IMG/VR virus record: IMGVR_UViG_3300043465_002420
Direction: 5' to 3' (one strand)
Source of the DNA: a virus
DNA: 64,000 nt
Below, piece after piece: positions 39,302 through 48,985 of this stretch. Position 1 is the stretch's first letter. Each line of letters starts with the position of its first letter. Under the pieces are notes generated by a model. It did no database searches. It was not told the origin of the DNA and saw only the letters and a list, made by a program, of their open reading frames with translations. The position numbers and the translations under genes were made by a program.

Positions 39302-39349
39302 AACCTATTTTAATGCTGCTTTAAATCTATTTCAATTGTAAATTGGCTC

Positions 39350-39889
39350 TTATTTTTTAATTACCTTTTTATCGTCTTTCTTAATTACCTTTTTATCGTC
39401 TTTCTTAATTACTTTTTTATCGTCTTTCTTAATTACTTTTTTATCGTCTTTCTTTTCATTCTTTTTATCATCTTTTTTGACTATCTTCTTATCATCTTTT
39501 TCAACCACTTCATTATCATCATCTACACTAACACCATGTTTTTTCATGATTTTTTTCATTTTTTCTTGTGTTTCTTTTTTATTTTTCAAGAGCTTTAATT
39601 CCCAAATATCTTTAGCCAAAAGCTCAATCGAAGACATAAATTTATCAAAATTCAAATCTCTTGGCATAGGCTTTTTAGCCTCTCCAATCATATGACTTTT
39701 CTTTTTACGGCTTTTCTTTTTGTGACTTTTCTTTAATGCTTTTTTCAATCTTGTGACTTGCCAAGGAGGAGGTGTTCCACGGCTAAATATATCTGCAACA
39801 GGAGGTGCCAAGCCTAATGCAGCCTGTGTTTTAATCCTTGTTGCCGAACTTGATTCTTTTACTTTCAAAAAATTAGAGAATGTTATCAT
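39350..39889 (-). CDS. Lysine-rich protein with C-terminal KDDKKVIK repeats
   Basis: N-terminus MITFSNFLKVKES; tandem 8-aa repeats. Confidence 0.65.
   Translation of the reverse strand: MITFSNFLKVKESSSATRIKTQAALGLAPPVADIFSRGTPPPWQVTRLKKALKKSHKKKSRKKKSHMIGEAKKPMPRDLNFDKFMSSIELLAKDIWELKLLKNKKETQEKMKKIMKKHGVSVDDDNEVVEKDDKKIVKKDDKKNEKKDDKKVIKKDDKKVIKKDDKKVIKKDDKKVIKK
39352..39500 (-). repeat. 24-bp coding tandem repeat (KDDKK-VIK, about 6 units)
   Basis: ttaattac(c/t)tttttatcgtctttc repeated; outer units degenerate. Confidence 0.85.
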
Positions 39890-39896
39890 GCCATAT

Positions 39897-40214
39897 TTAT
39901 GCTTCGGGAAACGAGTTTAATGAAAATTTTCCACTTTCTATTTCAGAAAGAAATTCTAAATTCATTTCCTTTTTTGCCTTATGATGTGATTCTTCTATCA
40001 ATTTAAATCTAGCATACATAAATTGCATATATCTTTTTTTGCAAAAAATACCAGTATGATCTACAAAGTTATCATAATTTCCAAATACCAAAAGATATGA
40101 AATAAAATTTTCTTGTATTCCCGTAGAAAAGTACTTCATAAGATACTTCTTATCTTTTGGTATCTTGTAATCAAAAAATTCGCCTGAGATAAACAAAGCA
40201 TCATTATTAGACAT
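39897..40214 (-). CDS. Hypothetical protein
   Basis: 105-aa ORF. Confidence 0.6.
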   Translation of the reverse strand: MSNNDALFISGEFFDYKIPKDKKYLMKYFSTGIQENFISYLLVFGNYDNFVDHTGIFCKKRYMQFMYARFKLIEESHHKAKKEMNLEFLSEIESGKFSLNSFPEA

Positions 40215-40611
40215 TAATCTTTATACCTTTAACATATTTCAAATATATAAGCATCATTCCACCAGCAAATTTTTGAGGTATCCCACTTTTACATAATAAA
40301 TTTAATGTTTCATTGACCATTTTAATATCTTCCGTTATGTCTCCTGTATTTTTTGCTTCAACAAAATTTGAATCTTTCATAGAGTCATAAACAATCTTTA
40401 CGCCATCAATCAAAGTGGTTGAAGATACCATTGAGATTTTTTTGGGGTCTGTTAAGATATATTTTGGAACTTTTCCGCCACAATGCATAATTTTATCGGC
40501 AAAAAATCTATCAATACAAGACTTTAAAAAGTCTTTTGAATTCTCCGAAATCAAATTTACACTATCATTTAGATCACTTTCGAACTCATCATCAAATTCT
40601 TCATTTTGCAC
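40207..40611 (-). CDS. Hypothetical protein
   Basis: 134-aa ORF, GGAG RBS. Confidence 0.6.
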   Translation of the reverse strand: MQNEEFDDEFESDLNDSVNLISENSKDFLKSCIDRFFADKIMHCGGKVPKYILTDPKKISMVSSTTLIDGVKIVYDSMKDSNFVEAKNTGDITEDIKMVNETLNLLCKSGIPQKFAGGMMLIYLKYVKGIKINV

Positions 40612-40678
40612 AGTAAACTCCTTTTCAACTTAAACAAAATTACAAAGATTAATCTACATACTTAAAACAGGAGGTCAA

Positions 40679-41191
40679 ATGAAAAAAACATTTTTCATCA
40701 TTATTTTTATAATTTTTATTTCTGGTTGTGGTAATTTCAGTCCTCGTCTTCAAAATAGGATAGCTAACGAGAATGGTAAAATTGAAGACATTAAGAATAA
40801 TCAAAATGGATTTATGCTTGAATTAGGAAAACTTCGTAATGAAGCACAAATACAAAATTCACAACTGAAAGAAGTACAACAAGGAATGTTAAACATGAAC
40901 AATGCCTTATCTCGCAATGAAAACAGTGGGATACAAATACTTCAAGGAGATGGATCGCTTATACTTATATTCGCCTTGGCATCAATTGGTATGTTACTTT
41001 TTCACTATAGAAACAAAGCAAATAATAATGAAAAAATTGCCAATATGCTCGCTGTAGAAGTGGCTAGATTCAATGACCCAAATTTAAATGATAACATTTT
41101 AAGAACTTCCATGTTTACCTCGGTTGAATCAAAAGTGTTCAAACTATTGAACACACATGCAAAGAAGATATCACCAAAATCTCAAAAGTAA
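40679..41191 (+). CDS. Lipoprotein with internal TM helix
   Basis: Lipobox ISGC after a hydrophobic stretch; GGAGG RBS. Confidence 0.7.
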   Translation: MKKTFFIIIFIIFISGCGNFSPRLQNRIANENGKIEDIKNNQNGFMLELGKLRNEAQIQNSQLKEVQQGMLNMNNALSRNENSGIQILQGDGSLILIFALASIGMLLFHYRNKANNNEKIANMLAVEVARFNDPNLNDNILRTSMFTSVESKVFKLLNTHAKKISPKSQK

Positions 41192-41194
41192 AGA

Positions 41195-41476
41195 CTAAAG
41201 GATATCATATCCTTGAGCGATGTTTTTAAGCTTAATGTATCCTGAGCAATTGTCGCCCAAAGGAACTTTTTGTGAATGTGGATTTTTACCTTTATTTTTT
41301 GAATCTTTTAAAAATTCCGCAACTCGCTTGTCGATAATTGCTTTTTTTTCTGCAATTAATTTGAGACAATAATGCTTAGATGGGTCAAGATCATCCTTTT
41401 CTAAGTACTTGCAAATGCCACTAGGACTTGAGATAGGACCAGAACAAACATTTTTTATTTGCTTTAAACTTAACAC
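41195..41476 (-). CDS. Small Cys-containing hypothetical protein
   Basis: Start moved to GTG 41476 (AGGA RBS). Confidence 0.55.
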   Translation of the reverse strand: MLSLKQIKNVCSGPISSPSGICKYLEKDDLDPSKHYCLKLIAEKKAIIDKRVAEFLKDSKNKGKNPHSQKVPLGDNCSGYIKLKNIAQGYDIL

Positions 41477-41477
41477 A

Positions 41478-41978
41478 TTAATTCCTATGAATATAAATTG
41501 GCTTGCCAATTTGTGAAATTAAAATTCCATTTTGATGATCTATTTCATGTTGATAGATGATAGCATTGAAATTATCAACATCTTCCTCAAATTCACTAAT
41601 TACAAGCATCGGATCATTGTCAGAAACCAATAACTTTTTGCCTTTTATCTTGATTTTTTCAAATCTTTCAACTTCGTATCTTTGAAGATTTCCATTAGAA
41701 TCCTTTAAAGATAGACATCCCTCAATGGACTTGAGCTTTTCTCCAAAGCCTTCATAACTACAATGAAAAAAATATTCATTTTTTTTAAAATTAATGATGA
41801 CAAAAAAATCATATGGAATTCCAACTTGAACCGCTGATAATCCTACCCCATTATTGTCGAGGCAAATTTGCTCCATATGCATCCCAAGTTTGTATAAATC
41901 CAAAAGATTATCAATTGGAGTTACACATGCCAGAGGAATATCTTTGGTGTCTACTAATCGCAAAAACTTAAAGTCCAT
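41478..41978 (-). CDS. def: Peptide deformylase
   Basis: GVGLSAVQVG, EGCLS, QHEIDHQNG. Confidence 0.95.
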   Translation of the reverse strand: MDFKFLRLVDTKDIPLACVTPIDNLLDLYKLGMHMEQICLDNNGVGLSAVQVGIPYDFFVIINFKKNEYFFHCSYEGFGEKLKSIEGCLSLKDSNGNLQRYEVERFEKIKIKGKKLLVSDNDPMLVISEFEEDVDNFNAIIYQHEIDHQNGILISQIGKPIYIHRN

Positions 41979-41979
41979 A

Positions 41980-42243
41980 TCAGTCCTTTAAAGATGATAA
42001 AGTTTTTATAATTAGCTCTACTCTTTGGTCGATCCAACTCTTTAACATGTCTTTTTCTTTGCGAAGATCTTTTGGAATCTTCAAAACAACCATGTCAACA
42101 TTATCCTCTTCATTTAAGAATTTGTCTGCTAAATCACGAATCAATTTAGAAACAGACACATCCCTTTTTTTTGCCACAATCTTTAGCCTGTCTTGGATAT
42201 CTAAGTCCATAGACAAGCTCATGATATTAACTTTCTTAGCCAT
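41980..42243 (-). CDS. Ribbon-helix-helix (CopG-like) DNA-binding protein
   Basis: IMSLSMD..IQDRLKIVAKKRDVSVSKLIRDL. Confidence 0.75.
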   Translation of the reverse strand: MAKKVNIMSLSMDLDIQDRLKIVAKKRDVSVSKLIRDLADKFLNEEDNVDMVVLKIPKDLRKEKDMLKSWIDQRVELIIKTLSSLKD

Positions 42244-42251
42244 AAAATCTC

Positions 42252-42542
42252 CTATACTTTTTTGTTTCTACGAAAAGGCTTATTATCTTTCTTTTCAGTT
42301 TTTCGATTAGGAAAATTTTCTCGCAACTTCATTTTAAGTCTTTGAAGTTCTGCATCTCTTTTCTTTTTTCTCTTTTTCCTAGACTCACTTTCATAAAACT
42401 CATGCTCTTTATAATCATGCAGAACCCCAGCATCTGTTACTGCTTTTTTAAAAGTTGCAAACATTCTTCTAAATGCAATTTCTCTTTCATCTCTAGAGCA
42501 ATTTGGATGCATATCCCTTAGTTCCACTCTTACATTTCTCAT
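42252..42542 (-). CDS. rpsU: Ribosomal protein bS21
   Basis: FRRMFATFKKAVTDAGVLHDYKEHEFYESESRKKRKKKRDA. Confidence 0.85.
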   Translation of the reverse strand: MRNVRVELRDMHPNCSRDEREIAFRRMFATFKKAVTDAGVLHDYKEHEFYESESRKKRKKKRDAELQRLKMKLRENFPNRKTEKKDNKPFRRNKKV

Positions 42543-42551
42543 AAAAACACC

Positions 42552-43688
42552 TTAATCCCTATTTATTTTAAATAATTTTTTACCCAACTTTATGGTTTCT
42601 ATAGTTCTAACGCTTTCTTTATAGGAAACCTTTTTCCAACTTTCAGAAGTTGTTGGCCATAATTCACGATCTAATTCTGGTAGGAATTTATTTAATCGAT
42701 TAACTATGTTCTGCAAAATATCACCATTCCAACTTTGAATATTTCCATCTTTTATAATAGTAGAAAATGTAAAAATATATTGCTTTGGTAATTCTGAAGC
42801 GCACATATCATCACATTCGTATTCTTTAAGATTGTTAAATCTCGATCTTTCATCAATACATAAAAATGGAGTTCTAGCCATTATTGCAAATCGTGATATG
42901 CCATTAAAAATATCCAGAACACATCCACTTAATCTCATCGCAGAAAGAATCTTACTTATATCTTTATCATTTATAAAAAGACAAGAATCTAAAAGTTCTG
43001 AAGATATGTCATATGTAAAATTATTTTGCCATATTATTGGAACAAAATTTTCACTTATTAGTTTTTTAGCAAGCTGTATATAAAAATCTTTAGTTGCTTT
43101 AAAGTTTCTAGATTTGCCATTATGCCACTGTTTGCAATAAATAGTTGGAGAAAACAAAACTTTAAATCCCGCCATCAAATTTGCTTGTTTTGTAAATTCT
43201 TTTCCCAATATAGAAGACGAAGGAACAAAAGGTAGAAATGTTTCTATTGGATTGCTAGAAAATTCTTTTTTAAACCCTTTATTACAAGGCAAAAAAACAT
43301 CTTTAATATCAATTACACTTCTAAAAAACTCATTCAAATTTCTTGTGTAAATACTTGCAATGTCTGATGTGTTTTGAAACCCATCAGATTTCTCATACAT
43401 TCTTGATAATTGAGATTCATCCGAAAATCCCCAATACTCATCAACATAAGGAAACAAACTTGCATTGCCTGGCCAAGAACATAAAATGAAATATCTACTA
43501 GATTTAAATTGTTTCTTGTAATTGTGCAAAAGAAAAGAAGATAACAAAAATGTATTTCTATAATCACCAAAAAAAGGAAGAACACAAATGTCATTAAATT
43601 CTGTAGGAATATTATTTTCATGGTATCTTTCTCTTTCATAGCCGTTTCTATGGGAGGCTCTTTTTAAGAAATCTGATACTGAGTTCAA
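42552..43688 (-). CDS. GT-B/GT9-like glycosyltransferase
   Basis: LPFFGD, VDEYW, CVLDIFNGISRFA; paralog of the adjacent gene. Confidence 0.55.
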   Translation of the reverse strand: MNSVSDFLKRASHRNGYERERYHENNIPTEFNDICVLPFFGDYRNTFLLSSFLLHNYKKQFKSSRYFILCSWPGNASLFPYVDEYWGFSDESQLSRMYEKSDGFQNTSDIASIYTRNLNEFFRSVIDIKDVFLPCNKGFKKEFSSNPIETFLPFVPSSSILGKEFTKQANLMAGFKVLFSPTIYCKQWHNGKSRNFKATKDFYIQLAKKLISENFVPIIWQNNFTYDISSELLDSCLFINDKDISKILSAMRLSGCVLDIFNGISRFAIMARTPFLCIDERSRFNNLKEYECDDMCASELPKQYIFTFSTIIKDGNIQSWNGDILQNIVNRLNKFLPELDRELWPTTSESWKKVSYKESVRTIETIKLGKKLFKINRD

Positions 43689-44815
43689 TTTTTACCCCAC
43701 CAATAATTTAACTTCTTCATATTTCCCTCTACAACAGGTTTGTTGTCTACCATACCTACTATAGTTTCAAAATTTTTATTTATAATTTCATTTATAGATT
43801 GTTCACAATATAAAATGCCAGTTTCTTCGTTTTCTGCTAAATTTTGGAAGTTGGCAATTACTATTTTCTTTTTGTCATAATCAGTCGTTAGAACAATTCT
43901 CATTCCTTCTTGGCCATTTCCAACAAGCTGATCAGCACTCTCAAATAATATCCATGGAGTTTTCACCATAGATGCCAAACGAGTGGAAGCTGTATAAAAC
44001 TGTATTGTAAAAATACACTGCGAAATAATAGCAAGCGTTAATTCTAAATCTCTTGATTCATCACGAGTAGTAAAATCAAGAATTGTTGGATCTGGACACT
44101 TGTGAACGCTTTGTTTTTCTCCCATCCAAATTGGGTTATATCCCATTCTTCTTAATAGATTTATAAGCTTTACATAAAAATTAATCGATAAATTTCTGCC
44201 GTATCTAGTTCTATTTCTTGCAAATATGGCAACTGTATTTTCCTTCAATAGTGACTTGGCATAATTTTTCTTTTCTTGTGTAGGATCTGGAATTTTCCAT
44301 AATCTCTTCTTACTTGCTTCTAAATCGCCAAAAAGTGGCCTCACAAGATTACTACTTTTGCACTTATCGCAAACTGCATTTATATGTTCCTTTGTGTAAA
44401 AAAAACTATTACATGCAACACAATAATATTCAACGCACAACTTAGACATCATTCCAGCACAAACGACTTTTCCTTGTTGTCCAAGCTTTATTTCTAAATT
44501 TGATAGGTTTCTACTCTCGGTTCTAAAAGCATCCGCATATTCTCTCAACCATTGATATTCTTCTTTTAATTCCCAATATTCATCAGCAATTTTACTGTAT
44601 AAAAAAGATCTTCCGTACCAACCAACAACTATCACATAACAATCAGGATTGCGATGTATTATTTGAGGAATACAATATGTTATTCCTATAGTCTCTACGC
44701 CAAATTCATAAAATGCTGGTATGAATATTATTTTTCTGTTGTCGTTTGGTTTTTTTCTATTGTTAAACTTATGAACATGAAATGTGAGTTCATCTATTTT
44801 TTTCTCTGGAAGCAT
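43685..44815 (-). CDS. GT-B/GT9-like glycosyltransferase with zinc-ribbon insert
   Basis: ADEYW, CVAC...CDKC, TIQFYTASTRLASM. Start moved to ATG 44815. Confidence 0.55.
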   Translation of the reverse strand: MLPEKKIDELTFHVHKFNNRKKPNDNRKIIFIPAFYEFGVETIGITYCIPQIIHRNPDCYVIVVGWYGRSFLYSKIADEYWELKEEYQWLREYADAFRTESRNLSNLEIKLGQQGKVVCAGMMSKLCVEYYCVACNSFFYTKEHINAVCDKCKSSNLVRPLFGDLEASKKRLWKIPDPTQEKKNYAKSLLKENTVAIFARNRTRYGRNLSINFYVKLINLLRRMGYNPIWMGEKQSVHKCPDPTILDFTTRDESRDLELTLAIISQCIFTIQFYTASTRLASMVKTPWILFESADQLVGNGQEGMRIVLTTDYDKKKIVIANFQNLAENEETGILYCEQSINEIINKNFETIVGMVDNKPVVEGNMKKLNYWWGKN

Positions 44816-44853
44816 TTTACTTCTGCTTCCAGTCGCATAAGCATAAGGCTTAA

Positions 44854-45036
44854 CTAAGATAAGTTTCTTATTGGCATTTGTTTTGCAGTGTAACCGCATT
44901 TTGGACATCTGAATTTCCTGAATTGTTTGCATTTAGCACACGATTTATATTCAAATAAATCCTTAGTGTCGTCAGGATTAATTACAACTCTTGACCAACT
45001 GCACTTGACACATTTTATTATATTATTATTAGCCAT
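44854..45036 (-). CDS. Small zinc-finger protein
   Basis: CVKC...CAKC...CPKCG. Confidence 0.65.
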   Translation of the reverse strand: MANNNIIKCVKCSWSRVVINPDDTKDLFEYKSCAKCKQFRKFRCPKCGYTAKQMPIRNLS

Positions 45037-45454
45037 AGACCAACTTATTATACTTTAGCCATTCTGAAAATTTAATGTCTTTTCCGTTTTGTTTAAAAAT
45101 AATTTCAATCGTATAATCAAAATCATTCTTATCAACTATCAACAACATAGGACATTCTATGCTATTTAATAGATTTATAATTTTGTTTTTTGAATCTGAT
45201 TTTATTTTGCAATTTAAATGTCCATCTATACAAACAAATTCATCTTTTGACAAAAATGTAACTTCGTATCTGTCGGTAGTAATTATTTTAATTTTTTTTA
45301 TAATATGCATCGTTTTAGGATGCATATTATTTTTGTCTTGATGAGAAAATTGATTTCTAATAAATAAAAATGAAAAAATAAATAAAATAAAGAAAAAAAT
45401 AAAACAAAGTATTATGTTTTTTTTAGTCATTTTTTTTGAATTTTTTTCCATCAC
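45029..45454 (-). CDS. Membrane-anchored protein, possible degenerate thermonuclease fold
   Basis: TM helix; IITTDRYEV and GKDIKFSEWL weakly resemble SNase segments. Confidence 0.4.
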   Translation of the reverse strand: MMEKNSKKMTKKNIILCFIFFFILFIFSFLFIRNQFSHQDKNNMHPKTMHIIKKIKIITTDRYEVTFLSKDEFVCIDGHLNCKIKSDSKNKIINLLNSIECPMLLIVDKNDFDYTIEIIFKQNGKDIKFSEWLKYNKLVYG

Positions 45455-46001
45455 TCAATTTATTTCCATTCAAAATATCACTTAATTTATCAATTTCATT
45501 TGTGATATTTTCAATTGATTTTTCAATTTTACTTACATTTTTTCCAAAAACCTCATCTCCCAACATCTTGTCTTGAAGATCATGAAGTTGTTTTTTCAAT
45601 TTATCCAAAGAATCAAGTTCTTTTCCAGAACTGAAGTTGTTAACTGGCTTCAATTCGGTATCTTTACCAATTGAATCAGGATAAACTGGGTTTTGAGCAT
45701 TAGCTGATTTTTTTACATTATCTTTTATTTTTTTTTTAGAGGGATTCTTTTCTTCGTTTAGAATACTTTGATTTCTAGGATCAAAATGATCATTCATGGT
45801 TCTCATGACATCATTCCATTGCCCCATATCATCTTGATTAATCTCAGTGTCAAAAACATTTGGCATTTGGCCAAAGAAATTAACTTGTTTGCTATCTCTT
45901 TCAGAAGCAGCTTGAGCATCAGATTTTCCAAAAATATTTTGAGCTTGAGCTTTATCCCATATTTTGGTTAACCTAGCTAGATCGTCACGCATATCAGACA
46001 T
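45423..46001 (-). CDS. Hypothetical coiled-coil protein
   Basis: Start moved to ATG 46001 (GGAG RBS). Confidence 0.6.
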   Translation of the reverse strand: MSDMRDDLARLTKIWDKAQAQNIFGKSDAQAASERDSKQVNFFGQMPNVFDTEINQDDMGQWNDVMRTMNDHFDPRNQSILNEEKNPSKKKIKDNVKKSANAQNPVYPDSIGKDTELKPVNNFSSGKELDSLDKLKKQLHDLQDKMLGDEVFGKNVSKIEKSIENITNEIDKLSDILNGNKLSDGKKFKKND

Positions 46002-46125
46002 TTTTATTTTCTCCATTAGTTTGACCAAATAATTTCTGTACTAAATTTTTTACCCATATTGGTTGTGGTAAAAAGTTCCAACCTATAATTAGGCCAGCAA
46101 CAAAAAATAAAGCATATATTAACAT
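45994..46125 (-). CDS. 43-aa membrane peptide (not in ORF track)
   Basis: MLIYALFFVAGLIIGWNFLPQPIWVKNLVQKLFGQTNGENKNV; AGGAAGG RBS. Confidence 0.7.
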   Translation of the reverse strand: MLIYALFFVAGLIIGWNFLPQPIWVKNLVQKLFGQTNGENKNV

Positions 46126-46208
46126 TAAAAATACCTTCCTTTTATTTCACTTATATATCTAGTTTTTTTCAAGTAATTCTGATAAAATAAAGAAATAAGG
46201 AGAAAAAT

Positions 46209-47156
46209 ATGCCTCATCCATACATGGCCTTTAGTATTGAAGAGTGTGAAAGATTAAGTTTACTTCCCCAAAAAAACACTTTAATCATGGCAACATCACA
46301 AAGTTCCATGGATATATTTATGCTTTCTGTTTTTAGCATACTCCTAAGAAGCAACCCAGAAAAACTCGAACATCTAATGGTATGCATAAACGGAGCAGAT
46401 AAAAGATGTGGCGATCCAAAACTTCAAGATATAAAACAAAATTTCTTAGAAGAATTAAGAAATATGAAATGGAACGGCAGAGATATGCCACTTACTGTAA
46501 TTCGTGCATGGAGTCGCATTGGACATTCTCATTCTTTAGAAATGGCAATTCCTTGGGTTCATACTGAGTTTTATACAATTATTCACGATGATGTCATTAT
46601 CTTGCGTAAAGAATGGTGCGAAGAAGCAATTGAAAGTTTAAATGAACCAAAAGCAGCAATCTGCTATTTTCCACCTTTACTAAATGCTGGAGTTCTAAAG
46701 AAAATTTATAAAAACAAATGGATCTTAGAATTACCACATATAAATAGTGCTTTTTTAGTTTGTAAAAAATCTTCTTTAGTTGAAAGCGGAGCAAAATGGA
46801 TTGGATATCATTTTGAACATGAATTTAATCTTTATGATCGTGTAGATATCAAAAAATTCTTAGATCATCATTATGAATTAAATAATATTCAAAGTTTTCC
46901 AGTAATCGAAAAGCCATATTCTGGTGTTAGTATGGATATTGGATCTTGGGTTTACAATAATCTATTGGAGAACAAATGTGAATTTATTCCAATGGAAAAA
47001 AATACAGCAGTGCATCTTACATGTATGAGTTGGCAAAGTGATGAATTTAAAAATGAAAGAATTTCAATTTATAAAGATGAAATAAAATCAATTCACGAAG
47101 AAATAAAGAAAAACGAAAATTTCTTCTTACTTTTTGAGAAATATAAAAATGCCTAA
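46209..47156 (+). CDS. Glycosyltransferase family 2-like
   Basis: VCING, IGHSHSLE, IIHDDVII. Confidence 0.75.
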   Translation: MPHPYMAFSIEECERLSLLPQKNTLIMATSQSSMDIFMLSVFSILLRSNPEKLEHLMVCINGADKRCGDPKLQDIKQNFLEELRNMKWNGRDMPLTVIRAWSRIGHSHSLEMAIPWVHTEFYTIIHDDVIILRKEWCEEAIESLNEPKAAICYFPPLLNAGVLKKIYKNKWILELPHINSAFLVCKKSSLVESGAKWIGYHFEHEFNLYDRVDIKKFLDHHYELNNIQSFPVIEKPYSGVSMDIGSWVYNNLLENKCEFIPMEKNTAVHLTCMSWQSDEFKNERISIYKDEIKSIHEEIKKNENFFLLFEKYKNA

Positions 47157-47916
47157 TCCAATACTTAACATAATTACCGCTGTAAGCCGTGAATTAAATC
47201 TTTATTATATTGAATATGAACTAAAAAAAATAAAAAATCTAGATATAAGATGGTATCTTATATTTGATGGAATTTTAATGACATCACTTAAAATACCAAA
47301 AGATATAAAATATTATTACGCAGAAATCTATAATGAAAAAAAAAGAGATTCTAGTGGTGCTGTACAAAAAAATATAGCATTATCTAAAATAACAGAAGGT
47401 TGGATTTATACATTAGATGATGACAATTCTATACATCCAAATTTCGAAAAAGAATTTTTAAATGCTACGAAAAAATATCCCAATAAAAAAGCCTTTGTTT
47501 TTTCACAAGTGAATTATAAAAACGAAATTATGATCAGTAGCAGGACAGTAAAACAAACAACAACAAAAATGCCATTTAAAAATTGGTTGGTTGATGCTGG
47601 TGGTTATGTGGTTCATTATGACCTTGTAAAAAAAACAAATGCAAGATATCTTGAATTTACACATGAATCAGATAGACACTTTTGGAAATATATAGTAAAA
47701 AATTGCCTTGATGAAATAGAATTTATTGATAAAGAATTATTTTTATATAACGCTCTAAGATACAAAAGGCATAACGAAGCACACATGAGTCACAATCCAT
47801 ACACCAAAGGAGAACAAAGGTATTTCCTTCATAAAATAAATAGTAAAAAACCTAATTATGAATTCCCAATATTTAAAGAAAAAATTAAAAGTAACAAAAA
47901 ATATATATCAATTTAA
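47134..47916 (+). CDS. Glycosyltransferase family 2-like
   Basis: LNIITAVSR, YLIFDG, WIYTLDDDN, ESDRHF. Confidence 0.75.
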   Translation: MRNIKMPNPILNIITAVSRELNLYYIEYELKKIKNLDIRWYLIFDGILMTSLKIPKDIKYYYAEIYNEKKRDSSGAVQKNIALSKITEGWIYTLDDDNSIHPNFEKEFLNATKKYPNKKAFVFSQVNYKNEIMISSRTVKQTTTKMPFKNWLVDAGGYVVHYDLVKKTNARYLEFTHESDRHFWKYIVKNCLDEIEFIDKELFLYNALRYKRHNEAHMSHNPYTKGEQRYFLHKINSKKPNYEFPIFKEKIKSNKKYISI

Positions 47917-47922
47917 AAAATA

Positions 47923-48516
47923 TCAAGTTTTTTGTGTGCTTTTCATCTCTGGTACAAGTAATTGACTCAGAATAAGATCATTAATTTCTTTATCACCAAA
48001 TTGTTTGTACCAACCTCTTTTCTTACCAGTATAAACAGTATTTCCGTTTAAAAAATACTCAATAGCCGTTTTGCTTTTAAGGGCATAAGAATCACTAAAT
48101 AAAGCTTCTTTAAAATTGTTTAGGCCAATGTCGAAAGAGCATGATGATCTCATTAAAATCGTAAATAACGACCTTCTCATGGCGTAACGCAACCACCACT
48201 TAGAAGGCTTAACATATAAAATAGATTTTTTTTGCGTTGGCCCAAATATCGTTCTTCTGTCAAGATTAAGTTTCTCTTCGATTTTATCAAAAAAAACTGA
48301 GATTGATTTATTTCTTGCTACAGGATGAGAATAAAAAAATATTTTGGCATTGTGCATCTGATTATGCCATATCTCACGACAATTATACCAAGTTGACACA
48401 ACATATCTTCCATCGTTATACGATCTTGGCTTGCCAAAAGAGCCAATAGCTGGACGATATATGGAATCTACATAAATCATATCACCAAAATTATTCATTT
48501 TGCTTTTTCTCATCAA
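47923..48516 (-). CDS. Hypothetical protein, paralog of 22181-22837
   Basis: WYNCRE, YSH, SLFTILMR, YTGK, GWYKQF. Confidence 0.65.
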   Translation of the reverse strand: MMRKSKMNNFGDMIYVDSIYRPAIGSFGKPRSYNDGRYVVSTWYNCREIWHNQMHNAKIFFYSHPVARNKSISVFFDKIEEKLNLDRRTIFGPTQKKSILYVKPSKWWLRYAMRRSLFTILMRSSCSFDIGLNNFKEALFSDSYALKSKTAIEYFLNGNTVYTGKKRGWYKQFGDKEINDLILSQLLVPEMKSTQKT

Positions 48517-48985
48517 GACTATCTACAACCTTTGTGGTCATTTTACATCTGTTTTTATCAGCATCTAAAAATTCGTCTAAATTTTTAACACTTATAAGCG
48601 ACCAATGAGGATCATCCAATGGAACATATTCTTTTTTTGTGTAATAAAATGATTCCATTGTATACCTATAAACTTTATTCTCAACCTCTTCATCGGTCAT
48701 ACCACCAATTAAATCTTCACAAACTTCTTTACAAATTTTAATCGCATCTTGGTCTGTTGCACATCCTAACTTTCTCATAACTTGAACGGCAGCAAGTGCT
48801 TTATCTTTTTGCAAAAGATCTATAATGTTTTTTTTCATCATACCATCAATGAAATCTGCCCTTGCCATAAAACGAGCCATAATCTGACCTCGCTTTGGAG
48901 CAAATCTCCTCACATCAAAAAAATACTGCTCAAAGTTTTTTTCGTCAATAATCAATTCTTCAGACATTTTTTTCCTCTTTTGCAT
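48491..48985 (-). CDS. Hypothetical protein
   Basis: 164-aa ORF overlapping the dnaE C-half end. Confidence 0.6.
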   Translation of the reverse strand: MQKRKKMSEELIIDEKNFEQYFFDVRRFAPKRGQIMARFMARADFIDGMMKKNIIDLLQKDKALAAVQVMRKLGCATDQDAIKICKEVCEDLIGGMTDEEVENKVYRYTMESFYYTKKEYVPLDDPHWSLISVKNLDEFLDADKNRCKMTTKVVDSLDEKKQNE

